NCBI GenBank assembly: GCA_033581555.1
Contig: JAVQSZ010000010.1
Span: forward strand, 1 to 43,089
DNA: 43,089 bases
Origin: Nitrososphaerota archaeon
GTDB lineage: Archaea > Thermoproteota > Nitrososphaeria_A > Caldarchaeales > Calditenuaceae
Direction of reading: 5' to 3'
In this document: positions 1 through 10,257 of the stretch, piece after piece
How the letters are laid out: each line of letters opens with the position of its first letter
Numbering within the stretch: the stretch's first letter is position 1
Made by a program: the position numbers and the translations under genes
The notes under the pieces: model-generated
Seen by the model: only the letters and a program-made list of their open reading frames with translations
Told to the model about the DNA's origin: nothing
The model's database searches: none

Positions 1-29
1 CTCAGATAGACGTGGCCGGCGCTCTGGCC

Positions 30-176
30 TCACACGTCGACTCGCTCCTCAAGCGCTGAGGTCTCTCGGGGTACGCCGGTGGTGAGGGCCACGTCCATAC
101 CCCTGCCCTTCAGCCTCTCGATGATCAGCCTCTCCTCCAGCCTGGGATAATCGAACAGCAGCTCCACCTTCTTCAA
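30..176 (-). pseudogene. Truncated LysX/ArgX (RimK ATP-grasp)-like N-terminal fragment
   Basis: From TTG at 176: KKVELLFDYPRLEERLIIERLKGRGMDV resembles the LysX N-terminus (YD..R.EE..l...l..rG). TGA at 32-30 ends it after about 48 aa. The frame stays open to the window edge after the stop. Confidence 0.4.
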
Positions 177-530
177 CTGTCGGCCTTCACCGCCCGATCC
201 TCTTCTGTCTCGGTCTCTTGCCCTCTCTTTAACCTCACTCACCGGTCCTTACCCTCTCTCGTAGGGCTCACGGTTAGTGGTGGTTGCCTAGCTCGTCGAG
301 GAACGAGGAGGTAACCTTTTGGAAGGTTCTCAGTTCTCCTTCCGCATGAGAGCGTATGTTGTGGCTGGGGAGCTGAGTCGGTGAACGAGTCTATCTGGAT
401 GAACTCAGAGCACGGGGCCCTCTATCATCGTCCAACGGATCGAAAAAGGCCCTTACGACCAAAACATAGTTGTCAACGTTGCCCTATCGAGCTGAACTCA
501 TTGGAACCACGCCTCGTCTGCAATGTGCTT

Positions 531-2627
531 TCAGCTCCTTATTCTGAACGTCGAATCGCTCTGGTCGCTGGCCATGTTACCGGAGAAGTCATAGACGGTT
601 ACCCTGATTAGCGCCCGCGTCGTAGGGTCGACGTTCACACTCCACCTGTAGAACCCTGGATTCCCGTTCAGGGACGCTATGAGTTGCCAATTAGCTCCTC
701 CGTCTCCGGAGTAGTAGACTTGGACTGACTGTATGCCGCCCGCGTCAGAGGCCGACCACCTGATCGTATAGGTCATGCCCCTCCTGATCGACTCGCCGCC
801 GTTGGGCGTGATCACCCTTATCGAGGGCGGGGTCGTGTCGACTATCGAGAAGGTCGAGTCGCTGGTGTCTCTCACCGTCGGAGCTTGGTTGCTGATGATC
901 CTAATCAGCGCGTTTGGTGTAGGAGGTCCTGTGACGGTCCACGAGTAGGATCCGACGTTGGGGGTCGAGGAGACGATTGTTGTCCAGGTCGCTCCGCCGT
1001 CCCTCGATATCTCTATTCTCACGGTCCCATAGGGTTGCGACGACCACCGGATCGTCCTCCTTGTCCCTATTTCCCACGCTTCTCCACCGTTTGGCGACTG
1101 TACCGTGATGCTGAACCCTATCGTGAAAACAAAGTCGCTGTCGTCGTAGACATTCGGGTTGCTCACGCTGCGGACCCTGATCCTCGCAGAGGAGGTCGGA
1201 GGGCCGGTCACCGTCCATTCCTGGATGCCGTCGTTTGGTGTGTTGGAGAAGAGGACCCTCCAGGAGGTCCCACCGTCACGCGATAGCAGGATGTCGACGT
1301 TACCAACGACGTTTTGGGAACTCCACCTTATCTGTCGGGTTTCGCCAATCATCCAGATTTCGCCACCGTTCGGGCTGACGACTGTTATCGACGGTTCCGG
1401 CCTGAAGGTCTCCAGCGGTCCCAGCTCCTGCTCCCGCTTGACCTGTGCGATGGGGCTGAAGACGAATAACGTCCCTGCAGAATTACCGCCCCAAAGTATC
1501 CCGTGAAGTTCTACGGTCCCCGCCGAACTGTCGATTATTCCGAAGACTGGTGAACCGCTGTCACCTCCTCCCACACCGGCCGAAACGAAGTGCTGACAGA
1601 GCCTAACGATGTCAGTGCCCGAAACGCGGACGTCCATGCATGTATTGGTGACCAGGCCCTGCGTCCACCCCGTCGTCCTCCCGACTTTGTTCAGGGTCTG
1701 TCCCACGATCGGGCTCCACGCCTCTCCCACGATCCTCCACTCTCCTACTATGTCGAGAGAGCCGAGGCCGGCGGTCCTAGCGATCCTGCCCAACGAGTAG
1801 GGCACCCCGCTCTGGAGGGCCCCAAAGGCCGCATCGCTGTACCTACAGCGAAATCCCTGTATGCAAGAAGGGCCCGTGAAGAAGGGTGGGTCGACGGTCT
1901 CCTGGCCTATCAGGTTGTTCGTGGCTACCCATGGTTGATAGTGGTTTGTGCCGTCCACCTGCCCCTCCACGTTCGTGCAGTGGTCGTTGGTGACGTATCC
2001 GGGGATGCCGTTCCTTATCGCGATGAACCCGAGAGTACACACATAAAAGCTGTAAGCTATCTGCAGTCCACCGATCACCGGTCTGACACGGTCCCTGAGC
2101 CCAACCATCGGCTCGATGACCAGCTGATCGACGGAGTAGCCATCCTGCGGGAGGCCGAGCTCGCTAAGGATTCTCCTGACGGTCTCGATGTGTCCGGACG
2201 AGGAGACGCCGACGAACAGCCTGTTGTTCGCTTCGTCGATGTCCAGCGCCGTCACGACGTCTCTCAGTTGATGATTCGAGAGGACGGCCTGCCTCCACTG
2301 TGCCAGCTGCCGGAACGAATACCGGACCGTCTCGATAGTGTATCGGCCCTCCCGTATCTGCTCGGCCACCTCAGCAAGCTGAGTGACCGCTGTGAAAGCG
2401 GCTACTTGCATCACTCCCGCTTCCGCAGCTACCGGATCCGCACCGGCCAGCGATATCACCAAGGTCCCGTCACGGTAGTGAAACCCAGCGAAACTCGGCA
2501 GTCTCGATGAGATGGCCTCGAAGAGCTCGTCCAGATTATCTATTGCGTCGACGGTGGGTGCGTACGAGACGGGCGTCGTTACCGATAATAGAGAAACTAT
2601 CAAGGCAGTAGCTAGAAGGATTCGCAC
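531..2627 (-). CDS. Secreted S1 (alpha-lytic/streptogrisin-like) serine protease with pro-region and three C-terminal Ig-like repeats
   Basis: Hydrophobic signal peptide; CTLGF motif; triad motifs TNDHC, YSDAAF, GDSGSP; KVGRTTGWT; three 'SI.V.sPNGGE....G....I.WS' domains. Confidence 0.88.
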   Translation of the reverse strand: MRILLATALIVSLLSVTTPVSYAPTVDAIDNLDELFEAISSRLPSFAGFHYRDGTLVISLAGADPVAAEAGVMQVAAFTAVTQLAEVAEQIREGRYTIETVRYSFRQLAQWRQAVLSNHQLRDVVTALDIDEANNRLFVGVSSSGHIETVRRILSELGLPQDGYSVDQLVIEPMVGLRDRVRPVIGGLQIAYSFYVCTLGFIAIRNGIPGYVTNDHCTNVEGQVDGTNHYQPWVATNNLIGQETVDPPFFTGPSCIQGFRCRYSDAAFGALQSGVPYSLGRIARTAGLGSLDIVGEWRIVGEAWSPIVGQTLNKVGRTTGWTQGLVTNTCMDVRVSGTDIVRLCQHFVSAGVGGGDSGSPVFGIIDSSAGTVELHGILWGGNSAGTLFVFSPIAQVKREQELGPLETFRPEPSITVVSPNGGEIWMIGETRQIRWSSQNVVGNVDILLSRDGGTSWRVLFSNTPNDGIQEWTVTGPPTSSARIRVRSVSNPNVYDDSDFVFTIGFSITVQSPNGGEAWEIGTRRTIRWSSQPYGTVRIEISRDGGATWTTIVSSTPNVGSYSWTVTGPPTPNALIRIISNQAPTVRDTSDSTFSIVDTTPPSIRVITPNGGESIRRGMTYTIRWSASDAGGIQSVQVYYSGDGGANWQLIASLNGNPGFYRWSVNVDPTTRALIRVTVYDFSGNMASDQSDSTFRIRS
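534..1391 (-). repeat. Three tandem ~93-96 aa Ig-like (Kre9/'GPI-anchored'-type) domain repeats with Asp-box-like S.DGG..W
   Basis: Repeats start at 1391, 1112 and 824. Each has PNGGE, I.WS, SRDGGTSW/SRDGGATW/SGDGGANW and a D.SD..F end. Confidence 0.8.
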
Positions 2628-2958
2628 GGGATCCTCTTTTTCTCTCTTATATTTGAATCTTATTCTGTGATTAGGCTTTCCACGAATTTGGGCCCCTCAA
2701 AGGAACGCGACTCACGGCCGAAATCAGGCGGAATGTGCCCTCGTATTGGCCATATTGTCCCGGCCACTCGGATGCGTCGATCTCTCCCCTTTGCGGGACG
2801 AGTCGTAGGATCATGGAATCACCCATCAATTCCTACCGGGACAGGGACTTCGAGTGGAGGCTCTTGACGCTAGCAGTCAGTGTGGGTTGACGAATTGGTG
2901 TGAAACGCCTCCGGCAACAACTCAGCCTTAATAACAGCAGAGCAGCGGTGGGAGTGCG

Positions 2959-3123
2959 ATGGCGAAGCAGAAGCCGCCGAAGGCGAGGAGGTTCGGGAAG
3001 GGCGTCGCGAAGTGCAGGAGGTGCGGCACGACGGTGGGCGTGATCAGGAAGTACAAGCTGTACGTCTGCAGGCGGTGCATCAATGAGGTCGCCCCCCTGA
3101 TGGGCTTCAAGGTCTACAGCTGA
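2959..3123 (+). CDS. rps14: 30S ribosomal protein uS14 (S14P/S29e), zinc-ribbon type
   Basis: Manual translation, absent from the ORF track: MAKQKPPKARRFGKGVAKCRRCGTTVGVIRKYKLYVCRRCINEVAPLMGFKVYS (54 aa), with CxxC...CxxC, IRKY and GF.KY-like end. Confidence 0.95.
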   Translation: MAKQKPPKARRFGKGVAKCRRCGTTVGVIRKYKLYVCRRCINEVAPLMGFKVYS

Positions 3124-4019
3124 ATCGAGGCGGGCGAGAGGGCCTCCATCAGCTGGTCGACGTCCAGCTCCAAAGTCCCTCCTCCCGCGATCCTCCTGAG
3201 GACACTCGACCTCATCTCAGACCTCATCCTGTGCTCCAGCAGCACCCCCCTCGCAGCGACCTCGTCGCCCGAGACCGAGGCCTCTACGACCCTCGAGGCC
3301 ACCAGAGCCGACTCTATCGCGTAGTCGCCGGCCCAAGGGGGCATCAGGTCGCCCGCGGCCTCCCCGACAGGGAGCGAGACCAGGTCTTCTCCAGATGAGT
3401 CGATCGAGAGCGCGGACCTCGCGATCGCCCTCTGTCCGGAGCTATGGGTGCTGAGGTGGAGGTGCGACCTCTCGGTCAGCGGGACGGCCGCGGAGATCCC
3501 GGAGCCCGACAGCCTCAGGGAGCCCTCGAGGAGCTCCCCGCCGCAGACGACCTCGACCTCGCCCAGCCTCACGGGGCTCAGGGGGACCGACCTGACGACC
3601 GCAGAGGCCCTCCCCTCGAGCTCGCCATCGATCGAGTCGACGCTGAACGCGACCTCGCCCTCCGACGTCCTCTCGAGCCTGAGCCTCGCGTTGAAGAGGA
3701 CCTCGGCTCCCTCGGACAGCAGGGACTCGGAGGCCCTCCTCACGTCGAGGGGCGTGATCCGCTCGCCGCTGCCGTGCACCAACGTCCTCTCGCCGAGCCT
3801 GACGTGGAGCCTGACCCTGACGAACCTGCCGAGCGAGCCCTCGATCGGGAGCCTCGCCGACCTCACTGTGCCCTCCAGGACCGGGAGGTACGGATGCGGC
3901 CCCCCGAGCCTGAGGCCCCTCTCCAGGACCAGCACCCTGAAGCCCCTCGAGGAGAGGAGGTGCGCGAGGGCAGACGCCGCGAGGTCCGATCCGATCACGA
4001 GGACGTCGAAGCCGCTCAT
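3114..4019 (-). CDS. FAD/NAD(P)-binding oxidoreductase-like protein (geranylgeranyl reductase-like, divergent)
   Basis: N-terminal FDVLVIGSDLAA...G.RVLVLER Rossmann-like motif and VGEAAG motif. ATG at 4019 overlaps the Trm112 stop (ATGA). Confidence 0.6.
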   Translation of the reverse strand: MSGFDVLVIGSDLAASALAHLLSSRGFRVLVLERGLRLGGPHPYLPVLEGTVRSARLPIEGSLGRFVRVRLHVRLGERTLVHGSGERITPLDVRRASESLLSEGAEVLFNARLRLERTSEGEVAFSVDSIDGELEGRASAVVRSVPLSPVRLGEVEVVCGGELLEGSLRLSGSGISAAVPLTERSHLHLSTHSSGQRAIARSALSIDSSGEDLVSLPVGEAAGDLMPPWAGDYAIESALVASRVVEASVSGDEVAARGVLLEHRMRSEMRSSVLRRIAGGGTLELDVDQLMEALSPASIQL

Positions 4020-4378
4020 CCCACGCCCTCGACGACCTCCCTCGGGAGCCTCTTCAGCCACCTCCTGACGAACTCGGCCTCGAGCCTCCTGTCCCTGAGG
4101 GCGTCCGGGAGCATGACCGGTATCTCGTCGACGATCGGGTACCACCGGCCACACTTGGGGCAGGTGAGCAGCCCGTCGGTCACCTCGCGCCTCCAGCACG
4201 CGGCGCAGTCGGGCTCGCGGCCCAGCTCCTCGACCATTCCGCCGTGATAGCCGCAGAAGAGCTCGCACTTCCTCGCTTCCTTCGGGCTATACCGCTCCTC
4301 GTCGGAGAAGACGTCGAGCCTCAGCGGGAAGTGCTTGCACATCGGGCAGGCGAGGATGTCCATCAATCGGTACTTCAA
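4016..4378 (-). CDS. trm112: Trm112 family methyltransferase activator
   Basis: LMDILACPMCK...GLLTCPKCGRWYPIVDEIPVMLP signature. Confidence 0.88.
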   Translation of the reverse strand: MKYRLMDILACPMCKHFPLRLDVFSDEERYSPKEARKCELFCGYHGGMVEELGREPDCAACWRREVTDGLLTCPKCGRWYPIVDEIPVMLPDALRDRRLEAEFVRRWLKRLPREVVEGVG

Positions 4379-4469
4379 CCCATGATCCTGGACAGCGCGT
4401 CGAATTTAAGCGGTTCACCGTCGGCCGTTCGGTTCTACGGGGTCCGCGCCGCAGGACCCGCGAAGGGCT

Positions 4470-4859
4470 TCACTCGCCGGTGGGCCCGGGAGAGAAGAGC
4501 TCCTCGAGGATGTCCCTCACCGAGACGACGCCCACGACCTCGCCGGCGGCGTTCACGACGACCACGTGCCTGATCCTCTGCCTGCCCATCACCTGCGCGG
4601 CCTCTTCGACCGAGCTGTCCTCCCTGAGGGTGATGATGTCCCTCTTGCAGAATGTCCCGACCCTCTTCCCAAGGTCCTCCTCCGCGAGCACCCTGATGAT
4701 GTCCCGCTCCGAGAGCACCCCGACGACCCTCTCGCCCTCCTTCACTATCAGGAAACCGATGTTCTCCTCAGCCATCACCTTGATCACGTCCCGGATCGTC
4801 GCGCTGCCGTCGACCGCTATCGGTCTCCTCTTGATCAGGTCCTTGAGCCTCAGCGACAT
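4470..4859 (-). CDS. CBS domain pair protein
   Basis: Two CBS motifs (VGVLSERDII; IRHVVVV..GVVSVRDI). Confidence 0.9.
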   Translation of the reverse strand: MSLRLKDLIKRRPIAVDGSATIRDVIKVMAEENIGFLIVKEGERVVGVLSERDIIRVLAEEDLGKRVGTFCKRDIITLREDSSVEEAAQVMGRQRIRHVVVVNAAGEVVGVVSVRDILEELFSPGPTGE

Positions 4860-4953
4860 CCCGCCAGCACCTCGTCGGAGATCGTATTTAATGATGCGGC
4901 ACCGATTTGGGATTCAGTAGTCACCTCTCGCGTCCTCGGTCAGCGATTCCTCG

Positions 4954-5044
4954 AGCCCCGGGGGGGACTTGAACCCCCGACCACCCGCTATCTCCGCTCC
5001 GTCCGCGTACGAGGCGGGCGCTCTGCCGGCTGAGCTACCGGGGC
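4954..5044 (-). tRNA. tRNA-Thr(CGT) with 18-nt intron at 37/38 (intron 4990-5007)
   Basis: Reverse complement folds as GCCCCGG TA GCTC AGCCGGCA GAGC G CCCGC CT-CGT-A [CGCGGACGGAGCGGAGAT] A GCGGG TGGTC GGGGG TTCAAGT CCCCC CCGGGGC T. TATA-like TTGAAATA lies upstream. Confidence 0.93.
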
Positions 5045-5136
5045 GCCACCACGTCAAGCCCTCCAGCGCTATTTCAAGGTCTCAGCACCGGATGCCGGAA
5101 AGGCGTAAATGTCCCGGAGGTCCTCTACGGGCGGCG

Positions 5137-5418
5137 TTGCGGCTGAACCTCTCCGAGCTGAAGCGGATAGCGAAGGAGCTCTTCTTCGGAGCCTTCATCT
5201 TCGCGCTCTACCAGCAGGTCATCCACACGAAGGTGAAGTACGAGGACACCTTCTACGCCCTCCTGATCGCGGAGTTCCTCGGGTTCCCGATGACCAGCAA
5301 CTACTACACGATCAGGCTGCTGCCCTACGTCGCGATGGAGCTCGAGAGGTACAGGAAGAAGCTCCTGAGGGAGGTCGACCTTCTGGAGCTTCTCCACGAG
5401 GGGCCGGGCGTCCACTGA
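5137..5418 (+). CDS. Small protein resembling the CstA-associated 'cory-CC-star'-like family
   Basis: TTG start 5137; EDTFYALLIAEFLGFPMTSNYYTIRLLPY resembles the recalled family motif D.F.ll...E.LG.P....YYtl.LLP. Codon usage is typical of the window. Confidence 0.55.
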   Translation: MRLNLSELKRIAKELFFGAFIFALYQQVIHTKVKYEDTFYALLIAEFLGFPMTSNYYTIRLLPYVAMELERYRKKLLREVDLLELLHEGPGVH

Positions 5419-5464
5419 GTTCCCTCCGGGAAGCGTAAATACTTCAGGGGATCGATGGCGTCGC

Positions 5465-6787
<1,323 letters not shown>

Positions 6788-6802
6788 CCCCTCAGTGCGT
6801 CT

Positions 6803-7531
6803 TCAGGTCTTCTTCTTCCTCCCGGTCCTCCTGGCCGCGATCAGTCCGATCTTCTGGCCCGGCGGCGCGTTCCTGCTCACGGGCTCCGGCCTGCTCAGCT
6901 TGCCTCCGGATCCGCCGCCAAACGGGTGCTTGACCGGCTGCATCGCGACTCCCCTGACCCTGGGCCAGGTGCCGAGCCTGTGCTTAGCCTTCATCCAGTG
7001 GAACTTTTTCCCCGCCTTGAGGAACGGCTTGTCCTCCCTCCCGGACCCCGCGACGACCCCGACGATCGCGAAGCACCTGCTGTCCAGCTCCTTCAGCTTC
7101 CTCGAGGGCAGCCTGACTATCGACCTGTCGCCCGCGTGTGAGACGACCTCGGCGTAGGCGCCGGAGCTCCTGACCAGCTTTCCTCCGTCTCCGGGCCTCA
7201 GCTCGACGCACGAGACCGGCTGGCCTTCCGGGACCGAGCCGACGGGGACGATGTTGCCGACCGACGGCGCAGCCCTCAGCCCGGCCTCGACGACCTGTCC
7301 GACATGGAGGCCCATGACCGCTGGGACGTAGAACGTGTGGCCGTCCATCTCGATCTCAGCGACTGGGTAGCCCCTGCCGGGGTCGTGGTGGAGCTCGACG
7401 ACCCTGCCCCTGACGAGGTCGGCGTTAGCGAAGAGCGCGCTCGGGTAGCCGAGGACGAACTTCCTCTGTATGCTGGCGACGTAGACCGGCGACCCGAGGC
7501 CTATCCTCTGGGCCCTCGTCCTCTTCGGCAA
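6803..7531 (-). CDS. rpl2: 50S ribosomal protein uL2
   Basis: HDPGR, ELRPGDGGKLVRSSG, KPFLKAG, WPRVRGVAM..HPFGGG, APPGQKIGLIAARRTG; GAGGTG RBS upstream. Confidence 0.97.
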   Translation of the reverse strand: MPKRTRAQRIGLGSPVYVASIQRKFVLGYPSALFANADLVRGRVVELHHDPGRGYPVAEIEMDGHTFYVPAVMGLHVGQVVEAGLRAAPSVGNIVPVGSVPEGQPVSCVELRPGDGGKLVRSSGAYAEVVSHAGDRSIVRLPSRKLKELDSRCFAIVGVVAGSGREDKPFLKAGKKFHWMKAKHRLGTWPRVRGVAMQPVKHPFGGGSGGKLSRPEPVSRNAPPGQKIGLIAARRTGRKKKT

Positions 7532-7790
7532 GCTAGACCACCTCCTCTGGAGCCGAGGCGCACAGCGCTGATCCTCCTGTTCCGCCCTCGGGCCTCGTCG
7601 TGTCAGGCTCGTCGACGTCCGCGGCGAAGTCCATCATCGCATACCGCCCACGGAGCCTCGTGAAAAGCCTAACCTCGCTCCGAGCCCTCCCGCGTCCGAG
7701 CGGGGAGAAGGGCCGGGTTCCCGTCTGCGACGCGAAGGTTCGGGAGACGCCGTCCCTGGCAGGCGCGGCGCGACTCGGACGAACGGACCG

Positions 7791-8051
7791 GTGCTGGAGG
7801 GGGACCCTCTGACTCCCGAGGAGCTCGCGGAGACGGTCGCGGAGCTACGGGAAGGGGTCTTGAGGACCGAGGTGCCGATCGAGGTGCACGAGGGGGCTTC
7901 GCGGACATCGAGGCCGAGATGAGGGGCTGTGCGAGGAGTTCAGGACCGGGGAGCCGAGGACGAGCGCGATCGGAGGGTTCATAGCGGCCGTGACCGCGTC
8001 GATCGCAGCGATCGTCCTCTTTCGATCCTCTTCAGAATCCTCCTCGGCTGA
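7791..8051 (+). pseudogene. Frameshifted small coiled-coil protein with C-terminal membrane helix
   Basis: Restoring one base in each of three homopolymers (G 7892-96, G 7923-26, T 8020-22) gives an ~87 aa reading frame, LTPEELAETVAELREG...FADIEAEMR.LCEEF...FIAAVTASIAAIVLFSILFRILLG*. Confidence 0.5.
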
Positions 8052-8057
8052 TAGGGG

Positions 8058-8318
8058 TCAGATTATCCCGAGCTTAGTCGCCAGCTCGGAGGCCTTGTAT
8101 TCGGGCTTCAACCTGACGAAGGCCTTCTTCTCGCCGTAGGGCGTGATCAGCGTGTTCACCTTCTCCACCTTGACGCCGTAGAGCCTCTCGACGGCCCTCT
8201 TCACGTCGGCCTTGGTGGCCTCTGGCTTGACGATGAAGGTGAGCTTGTTCTCCCTCTCGATCAGGTAGACGGCGTCCTGCGTCGTGACGACCGTGACTAT
8301 CACGTCATTCGGGTCCAT
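8058..8318 (-). CDS. rpl23: 50S ribosomal protein uL23
   Basis: [44 protein letters not shown]. Confidence 0.97.
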   Translation of the reverse strand: MDPNDVIVTVVTTQDAVYLIERENKLTFIVKPEATKADVKRAVERLYGVKVEKVNTLITPYGEKKAFVRLKPEYKASELATKLGII

Positions 8319-9135
8319 GCCCCCCGAACCTCCTCTCGAGCTCCGAGAGTGCGGAGACCGTGAAGACCGTCAGCCTGCCCGGGTGGCCACCGGGAGCGAG
8401 GTGGAGGACGCTCAGGTCCTTCGCCAGCGCCACGTCGACGCCGGGTATGTTGCGAGCTGCCCTCGAGACGCCCGAGTCCCTCGCCACGACGATCAGCGGC
8501 CCGACCTTCCCCTTGTAGGTCCTCCCCCTCCTCTTCCCCTTCCCGGCCCTCACCTTCCTCTCGGAGGCCCTCTCGAGCTCCTCAGCCAGCCCGAGGGACG
8601 AGAGGAACCTCCTGAGCTCTGAGCTCTTGCTGACCGACTCGAGGCCGTCCTCCGCGACGACCGGCAGCTCCAGGCCCTCCGGAACCTTGTGGCCCCTCCT
8701 CCTGACGCTCCAGGCGTCGGCGGTGAAGGCTATGGCGGCGACTGTAGCGGCCACCTTCTCCTTCCTGTTGAGCTCCTTCCTCAGGACCTTCTCGGGGACG
8801 GGCGGATGCGTCGGCCTGCCTCCGACCGCGGAGGGCACCCAGCCCCCCGCCCTGCTCTTCCCCGTGCCAGAGGCCATGATCCTCGCGATCCTCGCGATGC
8901 CCAGCCCGACCCCAAGCGACCTCGCGGAGTACTTCGCGGCCGAGCCCTTCCACGCGCCCTTCGGCTGGAGCTCGTGGGTCATCAGGTGGACGAAGGCCCT
9001 CCTGACGAGGTCCTCCCTGAGGTCCGCGCGGAAAGGCCACGGCAGCTCGACCTCTCCGACCCTCTCGCCGGCCAGCGAGTAGACCGGGACCCTCCTGACC
9101 TCCTCCCTCGAGATGGCCCTCTGCACTACTGTCAC
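8305..9135 (-). CDS. rpl4: 50S ribosomal protein uL4
   Basis: [39 protein letters not shown]; position between rpl3 and rpl23. Confidence 0.96.
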   Translation of the reverse strand: MTVVQRAISREEVRRVPVYSLAGERVGEVELPWPFRADLREDLVRRAFVHLMTHELQPKGAWKGSAAKYSARSLGVGLGIARIARIMASGTGKSRAGGWVPSAVGGRPTHPPVPEKVLRKELNRKEKVAATVAAIAFTADAWSVRRRGHKVPEGLELPVVAEDGLESVSKSSELRRFLSSLGLAEELERASERKVRAGKGKRRGRTYKGKVGPLIVVARDSGVSRAARNIPGVDVALAKDLSVLHLAPGGHPGRLTVFTVSALSELERRFGGHGPE

Positions 9136-10142
9136 GCGGCCGTCACCTCCAGGACTCGGTCGCTGAAGAGGATCGAGGTGACCTTGGGCGCGCCGAGCTT
9201 GTACGTCGGCGGCTTAGCCGGCTCCCTCAGCAGTATCGGCCTCTTGGGCGGGCCCATAACCGACCCCAGGAGGACCGCGGCCGGAGACCTGAGGACGGTG
9301 AAGTGCGGGAACCCGCCGGGCGGCGTCAGGGAGGACCCGTCCTGAATCACCGCCATCAGCCTCTTGTTGTGCTCTGTCCGCTCGTGGAACCCGTACTGAC
9401 CGGCCCTCGGGACGAACCTGGTCACGTACTTGGGCTTCCTGCCGCCTATCGCGCCGACTGCCCTCCTCGTCTTCCTCTGCTTCCTCGGGAGGACTTTCAC
9501 GCCGTGCCTCGCGACGACGCCGGTGAACCCGTGGCCCTTCGTGACGCCGATCACGTCGACGAACTGACCTGGCGAGAAGACCGAGCCGACGTCGACCCTC
9601 TGGCCCATCAGCTCCCTCAGGAACCGGTAGGCGTCCTCCGGCGAGCCCGAGACCCCTATCTCCAGCACGAAGGGGGTCTTCTGCTCGAGACCCGCCTCCC
9701 TCGGAACCGAGGCGACGACCGCCCTCACCTCGGTCGCCCTCCGGAGCGCCCTCTCGAACTCCGAGGCGTCCCCGGCTCCCGCCCTGATACCCCTTATCCT
9801 CTCCATGAACGGCGGGAGCTCCTTCGCGATGACCCTCTGGGCCTCCTGGGGCTCGCCTTTAGCGTCCGGCACCAGCACCTTCGCGCCGATCACGTAGTTC
9901 GGGGGAGCTGCGATCACCGTCGCGTGCCCCGCGACCTCGGTGCCCTTCGTCAGTGAACCGGGGACGTCGTCGACGTACCGGACCATTACCGACCCGGCCT
10001 TGTACCCGAGGAAGCCCAGCAGCTTCGGCTTATCAGTCCAGCTGGGCCAGAACTCGGGGACCGGGATTATGTCGTCGGCCCTCCTCCTCGGCGAGTACGC
10101 CAGCGACCCGCGCCTCGGCGCTGACCACTTCCGGTGGCCCAT
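9132..10142 (-). CDS. rpl3: 50S ribosomal protein uL3
   Basis: PRRGSL, GFLGYKAG, DVIGVTKGHGFTG, PRAGQYGFHERTEHNK. Confidence 0.97.
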   Translation of the reverse strand: MGHRKWSAPRRGSLAYSPRRRADDIIPVPEFWPSWTDKPKLLGFLGYKAGSVMVRYVDDVPGSLTKGTEVAGHATVIAAPPNYVIGAKVLVPDAKGEPQEAQRVIAKELPPFMERIRGIRAGAGDASEFERALRRATEVRAVVASVPREAGLEQKTPFVLEIGVSGSPEDAYRFLRELMGQRVDVGSVFSPGQFVDVIGVTKGHGFTGVVARHGVKVLPRKQRKTRRAVGAIGGRKPKYVTRFVPRAGQYGFHERTEHNKRLMAVIQDGSSLTPPGGFPHFTVLRSPAAVLLGSVMGPPKRPILLREPAKPPTYKLGAPKVTSILFSDRVLEVTAA

Positions 10143-10257
10143 GGTGCTATCCTCCGTCTCTCAGGTCGCCTTCTCTTATACCCGTAACCCCGGGGTCCCA
10201 CCCCAGCCTCGCCCCGGCCCGAAACCGATATCCCCAGGCAGTTCGAGCCATCTAGCG

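Noticed and set aside
2928-3110. 60-aa minus-strand ORF
   Set aside because: Antisense shadow of rps14
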